DNA of 20,000 nt from positions 46,857 through 66,856 of the forward strand of contig JAXLNO010000482.1 of the NCBI GenBank assembly GCA_038087875.1, written 5' to 3'. Positions 8,178 to 18,455 of the stretch are shown here, piece after piece; the first letter of the stretch is position 1, and the number at the start of each line of letters is the position of its first letter. This DNA is from Malacoraja senta (Eukaryota). The notes below the pieces were generated by a model. That model saw only the letters and a program-made list of their open reading frames with translations. It searched no databases and was not told the DNA's origin. The translations under genes were made by a program, and so were the position numbers.

Positions 8178-8795
8178 GGGAAATCTGGAAACTCATCCCC
8201 AGCATATCAGAGCTTCAGAGAACGATTTTCGCAATTCAGACAGTCTTAAAATGGAGATTACAAAGAGTAGGTCTATTCGTGGCCAGCATGCAAAGAGTTG
8301 CCATGCTCCAGTCCAACCTGGGTGGAAGGAATCCAGAATATGTGATGGAGGACCATGCGGCAATGGGGAGAAGATGCTAACTCCACACAAGTCAGGACGC
8401 TTTAGTTTAGAGATACAGTGCGGGAACAGGCCCTTCGGCCCACCCAGTAATAAGATCATAAGTGAGAGGAGTAGAATTAGCCCATTCGACCCATCGAGTT
8501 TACTCCGCCATTGTATCATGGCTGATCTATCTTTCTCTCCTAACCCCATTATCCCGCCTTCAGTGTGGCGGCGCCCTGTGGCAGCGGCTCAACTGCAGTC
8601 CGTCTGTCTTTTCTTTCTTTTTGTCCTGTTAGGTGAATGTTTTTGGTTTAAGTTTTACTTTATTTTTAGCTGTGTATATGTGGGGGGGTGGGGGAAACTT
8701 TTTAATCTCGTCCCTGAACGGGGACGCGATCTTTTCCCAGTCGAGTCTCAGTTGTTGTTGGGGCCTAACATCGTGGAGCCGGCGGCCTCCAACCG
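8178..8795 (+). repeat. Donor of the duplication at 521-1144
   Basis: About 98% identical to 521-1144. The component elements continue beyond the boundary here only. Confidence 0.95.
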
Positions 8796-9500
8796 GAATC
8801 GACCTGGGGGCTCCAGTCGCGGAGCCTGCGGACTCACCATCGCGGTGCTGGCTGACTTCGGAGCGTGGAGCGCTGTGGTGGCGCGCGAATGCGACCCTAA
8901 CTTCGGAGCTTCGGAGGCTTCGGCTGCAGGCCCTGTGGACGGTAACATCGGGAGCTCGCGAGTCCCTGGTGGGAGACCGCTTTTCAGAGTTCCCGCAACG
9001 GCAACTTTGCCCGCCCGAATCGAGGGGTTTAAATAGACCCGGAGCGGGGCCTTACACCGCCCGGCGCAGCTTAAACGGCCACGGGACTTACCATTGCCCG
9101 CCGGGGGCTCTAACATCAGGAGCCTCGATCAGCTCGATGCAACAGTTTGACTGCTTGACCGCGGGAGAAGAATAAAGAACAGAGAACAGGGAAGAGATAA
9201 GACTTTTGCCTTCCATCACAGTGAGGAGGTGTTTGGAGATTCACTGTGAAGGATGTTTGTGTGGAACTGTGTTAATTGTGTGTTTTGGTTTTTTGCTGTT
9301 ATGACTGCAGGAACGACATTTCGTTTGAGCCTTGTTTGTTTGAATGACAATAAATGGCATTCTATTCTATTCTATTCTATTCTCCCCATAACCTCTGACA
9401 CCCCTATTAATCAAGAATATATCTATCTGTGCCTTAAATATATCCACTGACTTGGCCTCCGCAGCCTTGTGTGGCAAAGAATTCCACAGATTCACCACCC
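8450..9500 (-). mobile_element. CR1 3' end (8450-8561 + 9383-9500), split by an 820-bp element
   Basis: The halves rejoin as CCCGCCTTC|TCCCCATAA. Homologous to 17516-17577 plus 18274-18440. Confidence 0.85.
8562..9382 (+). mobile_element. Unclassified non-autonomous retroposon, GC/CpG-rich, with LINE-type 3' end
   Basis: Cleanly interrupts a CR1 and ends GAATGACAATAAATGGCAT(TCTAT)4TC. No recognisable protein motif and no tRNA head. Confidence 0.75.
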
Positions 9501-9510
9501 CAACCAAGGT

Positions 9511-9767
9511 TCACCAATCCGCACCAACCAGCGACCCCCGCACACTAACACTATCGTACGCACACTGGGGACAATTTACAATTATACTAAGCCAATTAAC
9601 CTACAAGCCTGTACGTCTTTGGAGCGTGGGAGGAAACAGGAGCACCTGGGGAAAACCCACTCAAGTCATGGGGGGAACGTACAAACTCTATACAGACAGC
9701 ACCCGTAGTCAGGATCGAACCCGGCACTGTAAGGCAGCAACTCTCCCGCCGTGCCACCGTAGCGCCC
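9511..9767 (-). mobile_element. V-SINE, near full length
   Basis: Aligns to 5225-5491. Confidence 0.88.
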
Positions 9768-9892
9768 AAAAGATGCAAACTCTAAAAAATGGCCAGGACT
9801 CTTGAAGCTCATCAATAGCAGATCTCCCTGCTGAGCCACTGTGTGACACTTGCCTCTTACTCAGCCCCTTCTCAAAAATGACTGCAATTCAC

Positions 9893-10022
9893 GAGTCAAG
9901 TCAAGAGTGAAAAGCGTTCAATTCTCATATGTGCTGACGACGGAATAATTAATTTTATACTTGCACTACCATAACGGGCCGGCAAACACAATACACACAG
10001 ATCATATCCAATGGACAAACAT
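9893..10022 (-). mobile_element. Degenerate LINE 3' terminus (Rex1-like)
   Basis: GTCAAGTCAAGAGTG...ATTCTCATATGTG resembles 421-510. Confidence 0.45.
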
Positions 10023-10026
10023 ACTT

Positions 10027-10156
10027 AGAGTCAAAGAGTGATACAGTGTGGAAACAGGCCCATCGGTCCAACTTGACCACACCAACCAACATGTCCCATC
10101 TACACTGCTCCCACCTACCTGCTTTTGGCCCATATCCCTCTAAATTCCTTCATCCA
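10027..10156 (-). mobile_element. CR1 3'UTR fragment
   Basis: Reverse complement of the 7185-7320-type UTR. Confidence 0.85.
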
Positions 10157-10262
10157 TACAATAACATAATACCCCCAATACTAGTGCAAAAATCCCCTCA
10201 AGGTTAATACAAACAAAGTCTATAGTTCTTAAAGATATTCCCATAGCAAGCTAGGTTTGTGG

Positions 10263-10375
10263 ACCTGAGGAAAGGTCCCAACCCAAAATGTCACCGATCC
10301 ATGTTCTCCAGAGGTGCTGCCTGACCCGTTGAGTTACTCCAGCACTTGTTGTGTAAACCAGCATCTGCAATACCT
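10263..10375 (+). mobile_element. PLE/hammerhead module, degenerate core
   Basis: CTGAGGAAAGGTCCCAACCCAAAATGTCACC...TGCTGCCTGACCCGTTGAGTTACTCCAGCAC...CCAGCATCTGCA. Confidence 0.75.
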
Positions 10376-10392
10376 TATTTCTACACTCTAGG

Positions 10393-10563
10393 GCTTGTTG
10401 GCTAATTGGCTTTTGTAAAGTTGCCCCCAGTGTGTAGGGTGTTGGTGATAACATTGGATAAATAAAACAAGTGTGAATGGGCGTTAATATAGGACTCATG
10501 TGAATGTGATCAGTGGTTGGCATGGACTCGATGAGCCTCGCTGTATCACTCAACCAAAAAAAA
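10393..10563 (+). mobile_element. SINE 3' half, diverged subfamily
   Basis: GGCTAATTGGCTTTTGTAAAGTTGCCCCCAGTGTGTAGG...TGGTTGGCATGGACTCG..CTGTATC. Confidence 0.65.
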
Positions 10564-10597
10564 ATAGTCGTAAATGAACCTCAAGCTACCACACCTG

Positions 10598-10867
10598 AAG
10601 TAACCCATGCATCCCCCCCTCTCTCCATCCTTCCCCTACCAACGTTGTACCAGTTTCAAAGTCGTCTTGTTGAGTCTCGCTGTCTGTAATTCATTTTCAC
10701 CTAGCCCACAGCTAACAATGGCCTGTTTCTTTTATCATTGTCACCTTTTTTGCATTTCTTTCATTCATTTGCTCCATATCTCTCTACATCACCGTCGATA
10801 TCTCTCGTTTCCCTTTCCCCTGACTCTTTGTCTGAAGAAGCGTCTCGACCCGAAACGTCACCCATTC
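10598..10867 (+). mobile_element. Penelope-like element 3' region (stop codon, UTR, hammerhead); continues at 13553-13610
   Basis: AAGTAA..TGCATCCCCCCCTCTCTCCATCCTTCCC matches the sequence after the GIY-YIG stop at 14218. The segment ends in the hammerhead module. Confidence 0.75.
10830..10862 (+). ncRNA. Minimal hammerhead ribozyme motif
   Basis: CUGAAGA-A-GCGU(CUCG)ACCC-GAAA-CGUC, with one stem II mismatch. Confidence 0.6.
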
Positions 10868-13552
10868 ATAGAAACATAGAAACATAGAAAATAGGTGCAG
10901 GAGTAGGCCATTCGGCCCTTCGAGCCTGCAACGCCATTCAATATGATCATGGCTGATCATCCAACTCAGTATCCTGTACCTGCCTTCTCTCCATACCCCC
11001 CTGATCCCTTTAGCCACAAGGGCCACATGTAACTCCCTCTTAAATATGGCCTCAACTACCTTCTGTGGCAGAGAATTCCAGAGATTCACCACTCTCTGTG
11101 TGAAAAATGTTTTCCTCATCTCGGTCCTAAAAGATTTCCCCCTTATCCTTAAACTGTGACCCCTTGTTCTGGACTTCCCCAACATCGGGAACAATCTTCC
11201 TGCATCTAGCCTGTCCAACCCCTTAAGAATTTTGTACGTTTCTCTAAGATCCCCCCTCAATCTTCTAAATTCTAGCGAGTACAAGCCAAGTCTATCCAGT
11301 CTTTCTTCATATGAAAGTCCTGACATCCCAGGAATCAGTCTGGTGAACCTTCTCTGTACTCCCTCTATGGCAAGAAAGTCTTTCCTCAGATTAGGAGACC
11401 AAAACTGTACGCAATACTCCAGGTGTGGTCTCACCAAGACCCTGTACCACCGCAGTAGAACCTCCCTGCTCCTATACTCAAATCCTTTTGCTATGATTGC
11501 TAACATACCATTCGCTTTCTTCACTGCCTGCTGCACCTGCATGTCTACTTTCAATGACTGGTGTACCATGACACGCAGGTCCCGTGGCATCTCCCCTTTT
11601 CCTAATCGGCCACCATTCAGATAATAGACTACTTTCCTGTTTTTGCCACCAAAGTGGATAACCTCTCATTTATCCACATTATACTGCACCGGCCATGCAT
11701 CTGCCCACTCACCCAACCTATCCAAGTCACCTTGCAGCCTCCTAGCATCCTCCTCACAGCTAATACTGCCCCCCAGCTTCGTGTCATCCGCAAACTTGGA
11801 GATGTTGCATTCAATTCCCTCGTCCAGATCATTAATATAAATTGTAAATAGCTGCGGTTCCAGCACTGAGCCTTGCGGTACCCCACTAGTCACTGCCTGC
11901 CATTGTGAAAAGGACCCGTTTACTTCTACTCTTTGCTTCCTGTCTGCCAGCCAGTTTTCTATCCACATCAATACTGAACCCCCAATACCATGTGCCTGAA
12001 GTTTGCATACTAATCTGTTATGTGGGACCTTGTCGAAAGCCTTCTGAAAGTCCAGATATAACACATCCACTGGTTCTCCCTTATCCACTCTACTAGTTAC
12101 ATCCTTGAAAAATTCTATAAGATTCGTCAGACATGATTTACCTTTCATAAATCCATGCTGACTTTGTCCAATGATTTCACCAAATGTGCTGCTATCCCAT
12201 CTTTAATAACTGACTCTAGCAGTTTCCCCACCACCGATGTTAGACTAACTGGTCTGTAATTCCCCGTTTTCTCTCTCCTTCCCTTTTTAAAAAGCGGGGT
12301 TACATTAGCTACCCTCCAATCCTCAGGAACTAATCCAGAATCTAAAGAGTTTTGAAAAATTATCACTAATGGATCCATTATTTCTGGGGCTACCTCCTTA
12401 AGTACTCTGGGATGCAGCCTATCTGGCCCTGGGGATTTATCAGCCTTTAATCCATTCAATTTACCTAACACCACTTCCCGGCTAACCTGGATTTCACTCA
12501 GTTCCATCTCATTTGACCCCCGGTCCCCTGCTATTTCCGGCAGATTATTTATGTCTTCCTAAGTGAAGACAGAACCAAAGTAGTTATTCAATTGGTCTGC
12601 CATGTCTTTGTTCCCCATGATCAATTCACCCGTTTCTGACTGCAAGTGACCTACATTTGTTTTAACTAATCTTTTTCTCCTCACATATCTATAAAAACAT
12701 TTACAGTCAGTTTTTATGTTCCCTGCCAGTTTTCTTTCATAATCTATTTTCCTTTTCCTAATTAAGCCCTTTGTCCTCCTCTGCTGGACTGAATTTCTCC
12801 TAATCCTCTGGTAGGCTGCTTTTTCTGACTAATTTGTATGCTTCATCTTTTGTTTTGATACTATCCCTGATCTCCCTTGTTATCCACGGATACACTATCT
12901 TCCCTGATTTATTATTTTGCCAAACTGGGATGAACAATTGTTGTAGTTCATCCATGCAGTCTTTAAATGCCTTCCATTGCATATCCACCGTCAACCCTTT
13001 AAGAATCAATTGCCAGTCTATCTTGGCCAATTCACGTCTCATACCCTCAAAGTTACCTTTCTTTAAGTTCAGAACCCTTGTTTCTGAATCAATTATGTCA
13101 CTCTCCATCCTAATGAAGAACTCAACCATATTATGGTCACTCTTGCCCAAGGGGCCACGCACAACAAGACTGCTAACTAACCCTTCCTCATTACTCAATA
13201 CCCAGTCTAGAATAGCCTGCTCTCTCGTTGGTTCCTCTACATGTTGGTTTAGAAAACTATTCCGCATACATTCCAAGAAATCCTCTTCCTCAACACCCCT
13301 GCCAATTTGATTCACCCAATCTATATGTAGATTGAAGTCACCCATTATAACTGTTTTGCCTTTGTTGCACGTATATCTAATTTCCTGTTTGATGCCATCC
13401 CCAACTTCACTACTACTGTTAGGTGGCCTGTACACAACTCCCACTAGCGTTTTCTGCCCCTTAGTGTTTCGCAGCTCTACCCATATCGTTTCCACATCCT
13501 CCAAGCTAATGTCCTTCCTTTCATATTGTGTTAATCTCCTCTCTAACCAGCA
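10868..13552 (-). mobile_element. CR1-clade LINE (HER1-like), 5'-truncated, 2.7 kb
   Basis: ORF2 remnant, CR1 3'UTR and (TTTCTATG)n tail. It interrupts a PLE module. Confidence 0.96.
10966..13540 (-). pseudogene. Disrupted CR1 ORF2: APE endonuclease and reverse transcriptase
   Basis: ORF 12800-13504: YRPP, MGDFN, LDWVL, SDHN (APE). ORF 12145-12507: KSPGPD, NYRPVSLTS. ORF 11666-12148: YLDFQKAFDKVPH, GVPQGSVL, FADD. ORF 10784-11590: [14 protein letters not shown]. Broken by stops and frameshifts. Confidence 0.95.
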
Positions 13553-13610
13553 ATCCTGTTCTCCGGAGATGCTGCCTGACCCGCTGAGTTACCCCAGCTT
13601 GTTGCGTCTA
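13553..13610 (+). mobile_element. Distal half of the PLE module split by the CR1
   Basis: TCCTGTTCTCCGGAGATGCTGCCTGACCCGCTGAGTTACCCCAGC continues CGAAACGTCACCCATTC (10851-10867). Confidence 0.8.
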
Positions 13611-13970
13611 CAGCCAAAATAATATCAGTAGTGGGAACGTTTTTCTGTCTTGAAACTGTTTGGTTAATGCGTTTTTTATATTGTGGTTGTTCCACACATG
13701 TTCATTTGGATTGGATGTCATGAAAATGGTTACAGATGAGGAGATGTCCAGCTGGCATCACATTGCTGCCGTTTTGCTTCACACAGGAGGGTCCACAGCC
13801 TTGCTCACTGTTTGGCAGCTTAATCAGTGAAATCATTGACATGTTTCTCCCACCGACTGATCACTCCTGGGCCTTCGTCCAGCTCCGGCCCCAGCTGAGC
13901 GCAGCTGCGAACCTCGGGACTGCACATTGAAAGGGGAAGTATGTCTTGTGAGCACATAGCAATTCGAAAG

Positions 13971-14078
13971 CGCTGGGCCTGTACTCGCTGGAGTTTAGCT
14001 GGATGAGAGAGGGGGACCTCATTGAAACTTACCGAGTAGTGAAAGGCCTGGATCGAGTGGATGTAGAGAGGATGTTTC
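13971..14078 (+). mobile_element. CR1 ORF2 fragment
   Basis: LGLYSLEF..M..GDLIETYRVVKGLDRVDVERMF. Confidence 0.8.
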
Positions 14079-14182
14079 AATGAGAGTCATACAGCTTGGA
14101 AACAGGCCCTTCGGCCCAACTTGCCCATACCAGCCAACACATCCCATCTAAACTAGTCCCCACCTACCTGTGTTTGACCCAG

Positions 14183-14373
14183 GATGCGGGAGGGATGGAG
14201 AGAGAGGGAACGCAAGTTTACTTGAACTTAGAGAAGTCAATATTCATACCGCTGGGGTGTAAGCTGCCCAAATGAAATATGTGCTGTTCCTCCAATTTGC
14301 GCTGGGCCTCACTCTGACAATGGAGGAGGCCCAGGACAGAAAGGTCGGTGTGAGAATGGGAGGATGAGTTAAA
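14183..14373 (-). mobile_element. Penelope-like element fragment: GIY-YIG endonuclease C-terminus and start of 3'UTR
   Basis: 14373-14218 translates FNSSSHSHTDLSVLGLLHCQSEAQRKLEEQHIFHLGSLHPSGMNIDFSKFK*. This fits the PLE GIY-YIG end motif (HFN...H...R...E...L....P.G.N). Confidence 0.85.
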
Positions 14374-14406
14374 GTTGTAGTACCTGCCTCAACTACCTCC
14401 TTTGGC

Positions 14407-14501
14407 TCAGTCTGATGAAGGGTTTCGACCCGAAATGTCACCTATTCCTTTTCTCCAAAGATGCTGCCTGACCCCCTGAGTTGCTCCAGAATTTTGTGTC
14501 G
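14407..14501 (+). mobile_element. 95-bp PLE/hammerhead module with 12-bp TSD
   Basis: ACCTCCTTTGGC occurs at 14395-14406 and 14502-14513. Confidence 0.88.
14410..14442 (+). ncRNA. Minimal hammerhead ribozyme motif
   Basis: CUGAUGA-A-GGGU(UUCG)ACCC-GAAA-UGUC. Confidence 0.65.
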
Positions 14502-14749
14502 ACCTCCTTTGGCAACTCATTTCGTATGCCCACCACCCACTATGTGAAAAATGTTCTGGGGAACAGGTGGAGAGCAATGGAAAATATTAAACATAATCCT
14601 CTGAAATATACCAATTAGTTCATCACACACTTGTAAGTGGGGTGAAACTAACCCTGTCATGGTCATGATTAATGGACACCATGATAGCATAGGAAAATAG
14701 TTTTCACTGGTGATTCTAGACCAATATTTCTTCAATATTCCTGTCAACG

Positions 14750-14828
14750 TTAGTTTAAGGTTAGAGATACAGCATAGAAATAAAGCCATCTGCCCACCAA
14801 GTCCATGCCGACCTACAAACCTACACAC
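14750..14828 (-). mobile_element. SINE 3' tail fragment
   Basis: TTAGTTTAAGGTTAGAGATACAGCATAGAAAT...GTCCATGCCGACC. Confidence 0.65.
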
Positions 14829-14831
14829 CAC

Positions 14832-15262
14832 GGCAAGGCGTAATCAAGGACCAGCCTCACTCCAAACATTCCTTCTTCTCCCCTCTCCCATCAGGCGAGA
14901 GGTACAGAAGTGTGAAAACGCACACCTCCAGACTCAGAGACAGTTTCTTCCCAGCTGTTATCAGGCAACAGAAACATCTTATCACCAACTAGCATCTACC
15001 TCATTAGAGACCCTCGGGCTACCAGACGTTACTGGACTTTATCTTGCACTTGACATCATTCCCTTTTTTCTGTATCAGTACACTGTGGATGGCTCGATTG
15101 TAATCAAGTATAGTCTTTCCTTTGAATGGATAGCAATCAACAAAAAAGCTTTTCACTGTAGCACAGTTCAGGTGACAATAAAATAAAATAAACTAAATTA
15201 AACAAAACAAAACTAAACTAACTTAAACTAAACTAAACTAACTTAAACTAAACTAAACTAAA
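14832..15262 (+). mobile_element. Rex1/Babar LINE 3' end with (AAACT)n tail
   Basis: VIKDQPHSKHSFFSPLPSGERYRSVKTHTSRLRDSFFPAVIRQ, followed by GTGACAATAAAA. Confidence 0.88.
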
Positions 15263-16094
15263 CATAGAAACATAGAAACATAGAAACATAGAAACATAGA
15301 AAATAGGTGCAGGAGTAGGCCATTCAGCCCTTCGAGCCAGCACCACCATTCAATTTGATCATGGCTGATCATCCAACTCAGTATCCTGTACCTGCCTTCT
15401 CTCCATACCCCCTGATCCCTTTAGCCACAAGGGCCACATCTAACTCCCTCTTAAATATAGCCAATGAACTGGCCTCAACTACCTTATGTGGCAGAGAATT
15501 CCAGAGATTCACCACTCTCTGTGTGAAAAATGTTTTCCTCATCTCGGTCCTAAAAGATTTCCCCCTTATCTTTAAACCATGACCCCTTGTTCTGGACTTC
15601 CCCAACATCGGGAACAATCTTCCTGCATCTAGCCTGTCCAACCCCTTAAGAATTTTGTACGTTTCTATAAGATCCCCCCTCAATCTTCTAAATTCTAGCG
15701 AGTACAAGCCAAGTCTATCCAGTCTTTCTTCATATGAAAGTCCTGACATCCCAGGAATCAGTCTGGTGAACCTTCGCTGTACTCCCTCTATGGCAAGAAT
15801 GTCTTTCCTCAGATTAAACTAAACTAAACTAACTTAAACTAAACTAAACTAAACGAACTTAAACTAAACTAAACTAAACTAATCTAAACTAAACTAACTT
15901 AAATTAAACTAAACTAATCTAAACTAAACTAAACTAAACTAACTTAAACTAAACTAAACTAAACTAACTTAAATTAAACTAAACTAATCTAAACTAAACT
16001 AAACTAAACAAACTTAAACTAAACTAAACTAAACTCAACTAAACTAAACTAACTTAAATTAAACTAAACTAAACTAAACTCAACTAAACTAAAC
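15178..16094. repeat. (AAACT)n pentanucleotide array (15178-15262, 15815-16094), split by a CR1
   Basis: Direct reading, with AACTT, AATCT, AAATT and CAACT variants. Confidence 0.95.
15263..15816 (-). mobile_element. Young CR1 3' fragment
   Basis: Open ORF2 C-terminus (ORF 15378-15749) and (TTTCTATG)5 tail. Near-identical to 10868-11394. Confidence 0.95.
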
Positions 16095-16213
16095 ATTTCC
16101 ACCTGTTTTATGCCATTTGCAATCTTGGATGAGTTATCTCCTACCTCACCCCTAGGCAATTAATATAAATAGTAAATAATTATGGGCAGGAACTGATCGC
16201 TGGATTAATATAG

Positions 16214-16933
16214 CACAGAAACAGGCCCTTCAGCCCAACTCACCCATGCTGACCATCGTGCCCCATGATGGACGATCCATATCCCTCTATATCTTTCCTA
16301 TCCATGTACCTGTCAAAATGATCTTTTATGCTTGATGTTGTCAGGACTTGCAGGCCTGAGCTATAGGGAGAGGTTGAGGAAGGAATTTATTCCTTGGATC
16401 ATAGGAATTTATTCCTTGGAGCGTAGGAAGATGAGGGGTGATCCCGTAGAGGTGTACAAGATTGTGAGACGAATAGATTGGGTAGATGCACAATCTTTCA
16501 CCCAGAGTTAGGTGAGACAAGAACCCAAGGACATAGGTTTAAGTTGAGGGAGATAAAATATAATAGGAACCTGAAGGCAACTTTTATACACAAAGGGTGG
16601 TGGGTGTATGGTAGGTATGTAGTTGAGGCAGGGACTATCACAACATTTAAGAAACATTTAGATAGGTCCACAGGTAGGACAGGTTTTGAAGGATGTGGGC
16701 CAAATGCAGGCAGGTGAGACTAGTGTAATTGGGACATGTTGGTCGGCGTGGGCAAGTTGGTCCAAAGGGCCTGCTTCCACTCTGTGTGACTCTATGATTC
16801 TAAGACTCTATGTTGTTACTGTACCTGCCTCAACCAATTCCTCTGGCAGCTCGTTCCATATACCCATCACCCTCAGTGTGAAGCTGCTGGCCCCTTAGCC
16901 TTACGTTCCCACTAAATCTTTCCCCTCACACCT
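16214..16933 (-). mobile_element. CR1 3' fragment (16214-16327 + 16811-16933), split by another CR1
   Basis: Both parts match the reverse complement of the 7045-7300-type sequence in order. Confidence 0.7.
16334..16810 (+). mobile_element. CR1 3' fragment, (GACTCTAT)n-like tail
   Basis: Aligns to 6864-7326. Internal 18-bp duplication at 16381-16398 and 16403-16420. Confidence 0.88.
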
Positions 16934-17585
16934 GCACTTCATCCTGTTAAGGTGTAAGTTGAAGAAAGTCGCTGAAATGTGCTTGCAAGGGACCCAGTTG
17001 GATTCACAAGCAACTGCTTGTGATTTGTTATGAACATTGTAGTCTATAAAATGAATCAGTTATAAGAGGAAAAAAAGGACCTTTCGGATTCCCCATCTGC
17101 CATAGATCTATTTAAGGAGTTTTGCAAAGATTTGGATTGGTACCAAATTTCTGAAGTATTTTGTTCTTTGATCTATTGCTCTCGGTTCATTCTGATATCA
17201 ATTCAGAATAGACTCTGAGATTCCTGTTGGCAATCATTCAAAGCACAAGAGGATTTTTGATGTTTGGTGCAACAGCCCTGTAACTTCTGGTAGGTTGAAG
17301 GAGGCAGAAGTGGGCACATATGCAGTTGAAAGCCGGTATCATCCATATTATCTTAAACTAGTGGAAAGAATTTAAAGGGTGAATGGTATTTTCCATGCAA
17401 GGTTCGAGCATAAAGTCCCCTTAGAAAACTACCAAAAAATTCTGCTCGTAGCCACAATATTTCACTTTCTTCAATTTTGATATAATGTTCAATGTTTGGG
17501 ACTGACCGGTAAAAAGGTCACAAGTGATAGGAGCAGAATTAGGCCATTCAGCTCATCGAGTCTATTCCGCCATTCAATATTCCGC

Positions 17586-18273
17586 CTGCAGAAGAACCTC
17601 CCTACTCCTATACTGAAATCCTCTTGGCCTTCATAACAAGAGGATTTCAGTATAGGAGTAGAGAGGTTCTTCTGCAGTTGTATCGGGTTCTGGTAAGTCC
17701 ACATCTGTAGTATTGCGTACGGTTTTGGTCTCCTAATTTGAGGAAGGACATCCTTGTGATTCAGGCAGTGCAGCGTAGGTTCACAAGATTGATCCCTGGG
17801 GTAGCGGGACTGTCATATGAGGAAAGATTGAAAAGACTAGGCTTGTATTCACTGGAGTTTGGAAGGATGAGGGGGGATCTTATAGAAACATATAAAATTA
17901 TAAAAGGACTGGACAAGCTAGATGCAGGAAAAATGTTCCCAATGTTGGTGGAGTCCAGAACCAGGGGCCACAGTCTTAGAATAAAGGTGAGGCCATTTAA
18001 AACTGAGGTGAGAAAAAACTTTTTCCCCCAGAGAGTTGTGAATTTGTGGAATTCCCTGCCACAGAGGGCAGTGGTGGCCAAATGACTGGATGGATTTAAG
18101 AGAGAGTTAGATAGAGCTCTAGGGGCTAGTGGAATCAAGGGATTTGGGGAGAAGGCAGGCACGGGTTATTGATTGGGGACGATCAGCCATGATCACAATG
18201 AATGGCGGTGCTGGCTCAAATGGCCAAATGGCCTCCTCCTGCACCTATTTTCTGTGTTTCTATGTTTCTATGT
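17586..18273 (+). mobile_element. CR1 3' fragment with 5' fold-back
   Basis: ORF 17738-18085 is a CR1 C-terminus, with a (TTTCTATG)n tail. 41-bp inverted repeat at 17586-17626 and 17637-17677. Confidence 0.93.
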
Positions 18274-18455
18274 AATCATGCCTGATCTATCTCTCCCTCC
18301 TAACCTAATTCTCCTGCCTTCTCCCCAAAACCCCTGACACCCATACTAATCAAGAATTTATCAATCTGCCTTGAAAATATCCATTGACCTGGCGTTCACA
18401 GCATTCTGTGGCAAATAATTCCTCAGATTCACTACCCTGACTAAAGAAATCCCTC

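Larger units (their letters stand above)
14083..14551 (-). mobile_element. CR1 3' end in three pieces (14083-14180, 14374-14406, 14502-14551)
   Basis: The pieces match, in order, the reverse complement of the 7085-7320-type CR1 end. Confidence 0.75.

Noticed and set aside
8251..9175. ORFs of 261 aa and 180 aa as novel genes
   Set aside because: The 261-aa frame runs across SINE, CR1 and GC-element junctions. Both lie largely in stop-poor GC-rich repeat and show no protein motif.
12834..13310. Plus-strand ORFs over the CR1 (also 11232-11624)
   Set aside because: They are antisense shadows of ORF2.
10868..13552. Active autonomous LINE, or a prokaryotic RT system (retron, group II intron, DGR)
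   Set aside because: APE plus FADD-type RT plus a CR1 tail defines a vertebrate CR1, and this copy is 5'-truncated and frameshifted.
14183..14501. Single Penelope insertion with an inverted pLTR
   Set aside because: The two parts are separated by host CR1 sequence and the module has its own 12-bp TSD, so separate events are more likely.
15263..15816. Segmental duplication of 10868-11394
   Set aside because: Similarity stops at the element boundaries and the flanks differ, so these are independent insertions of one young CR1 subfamily.
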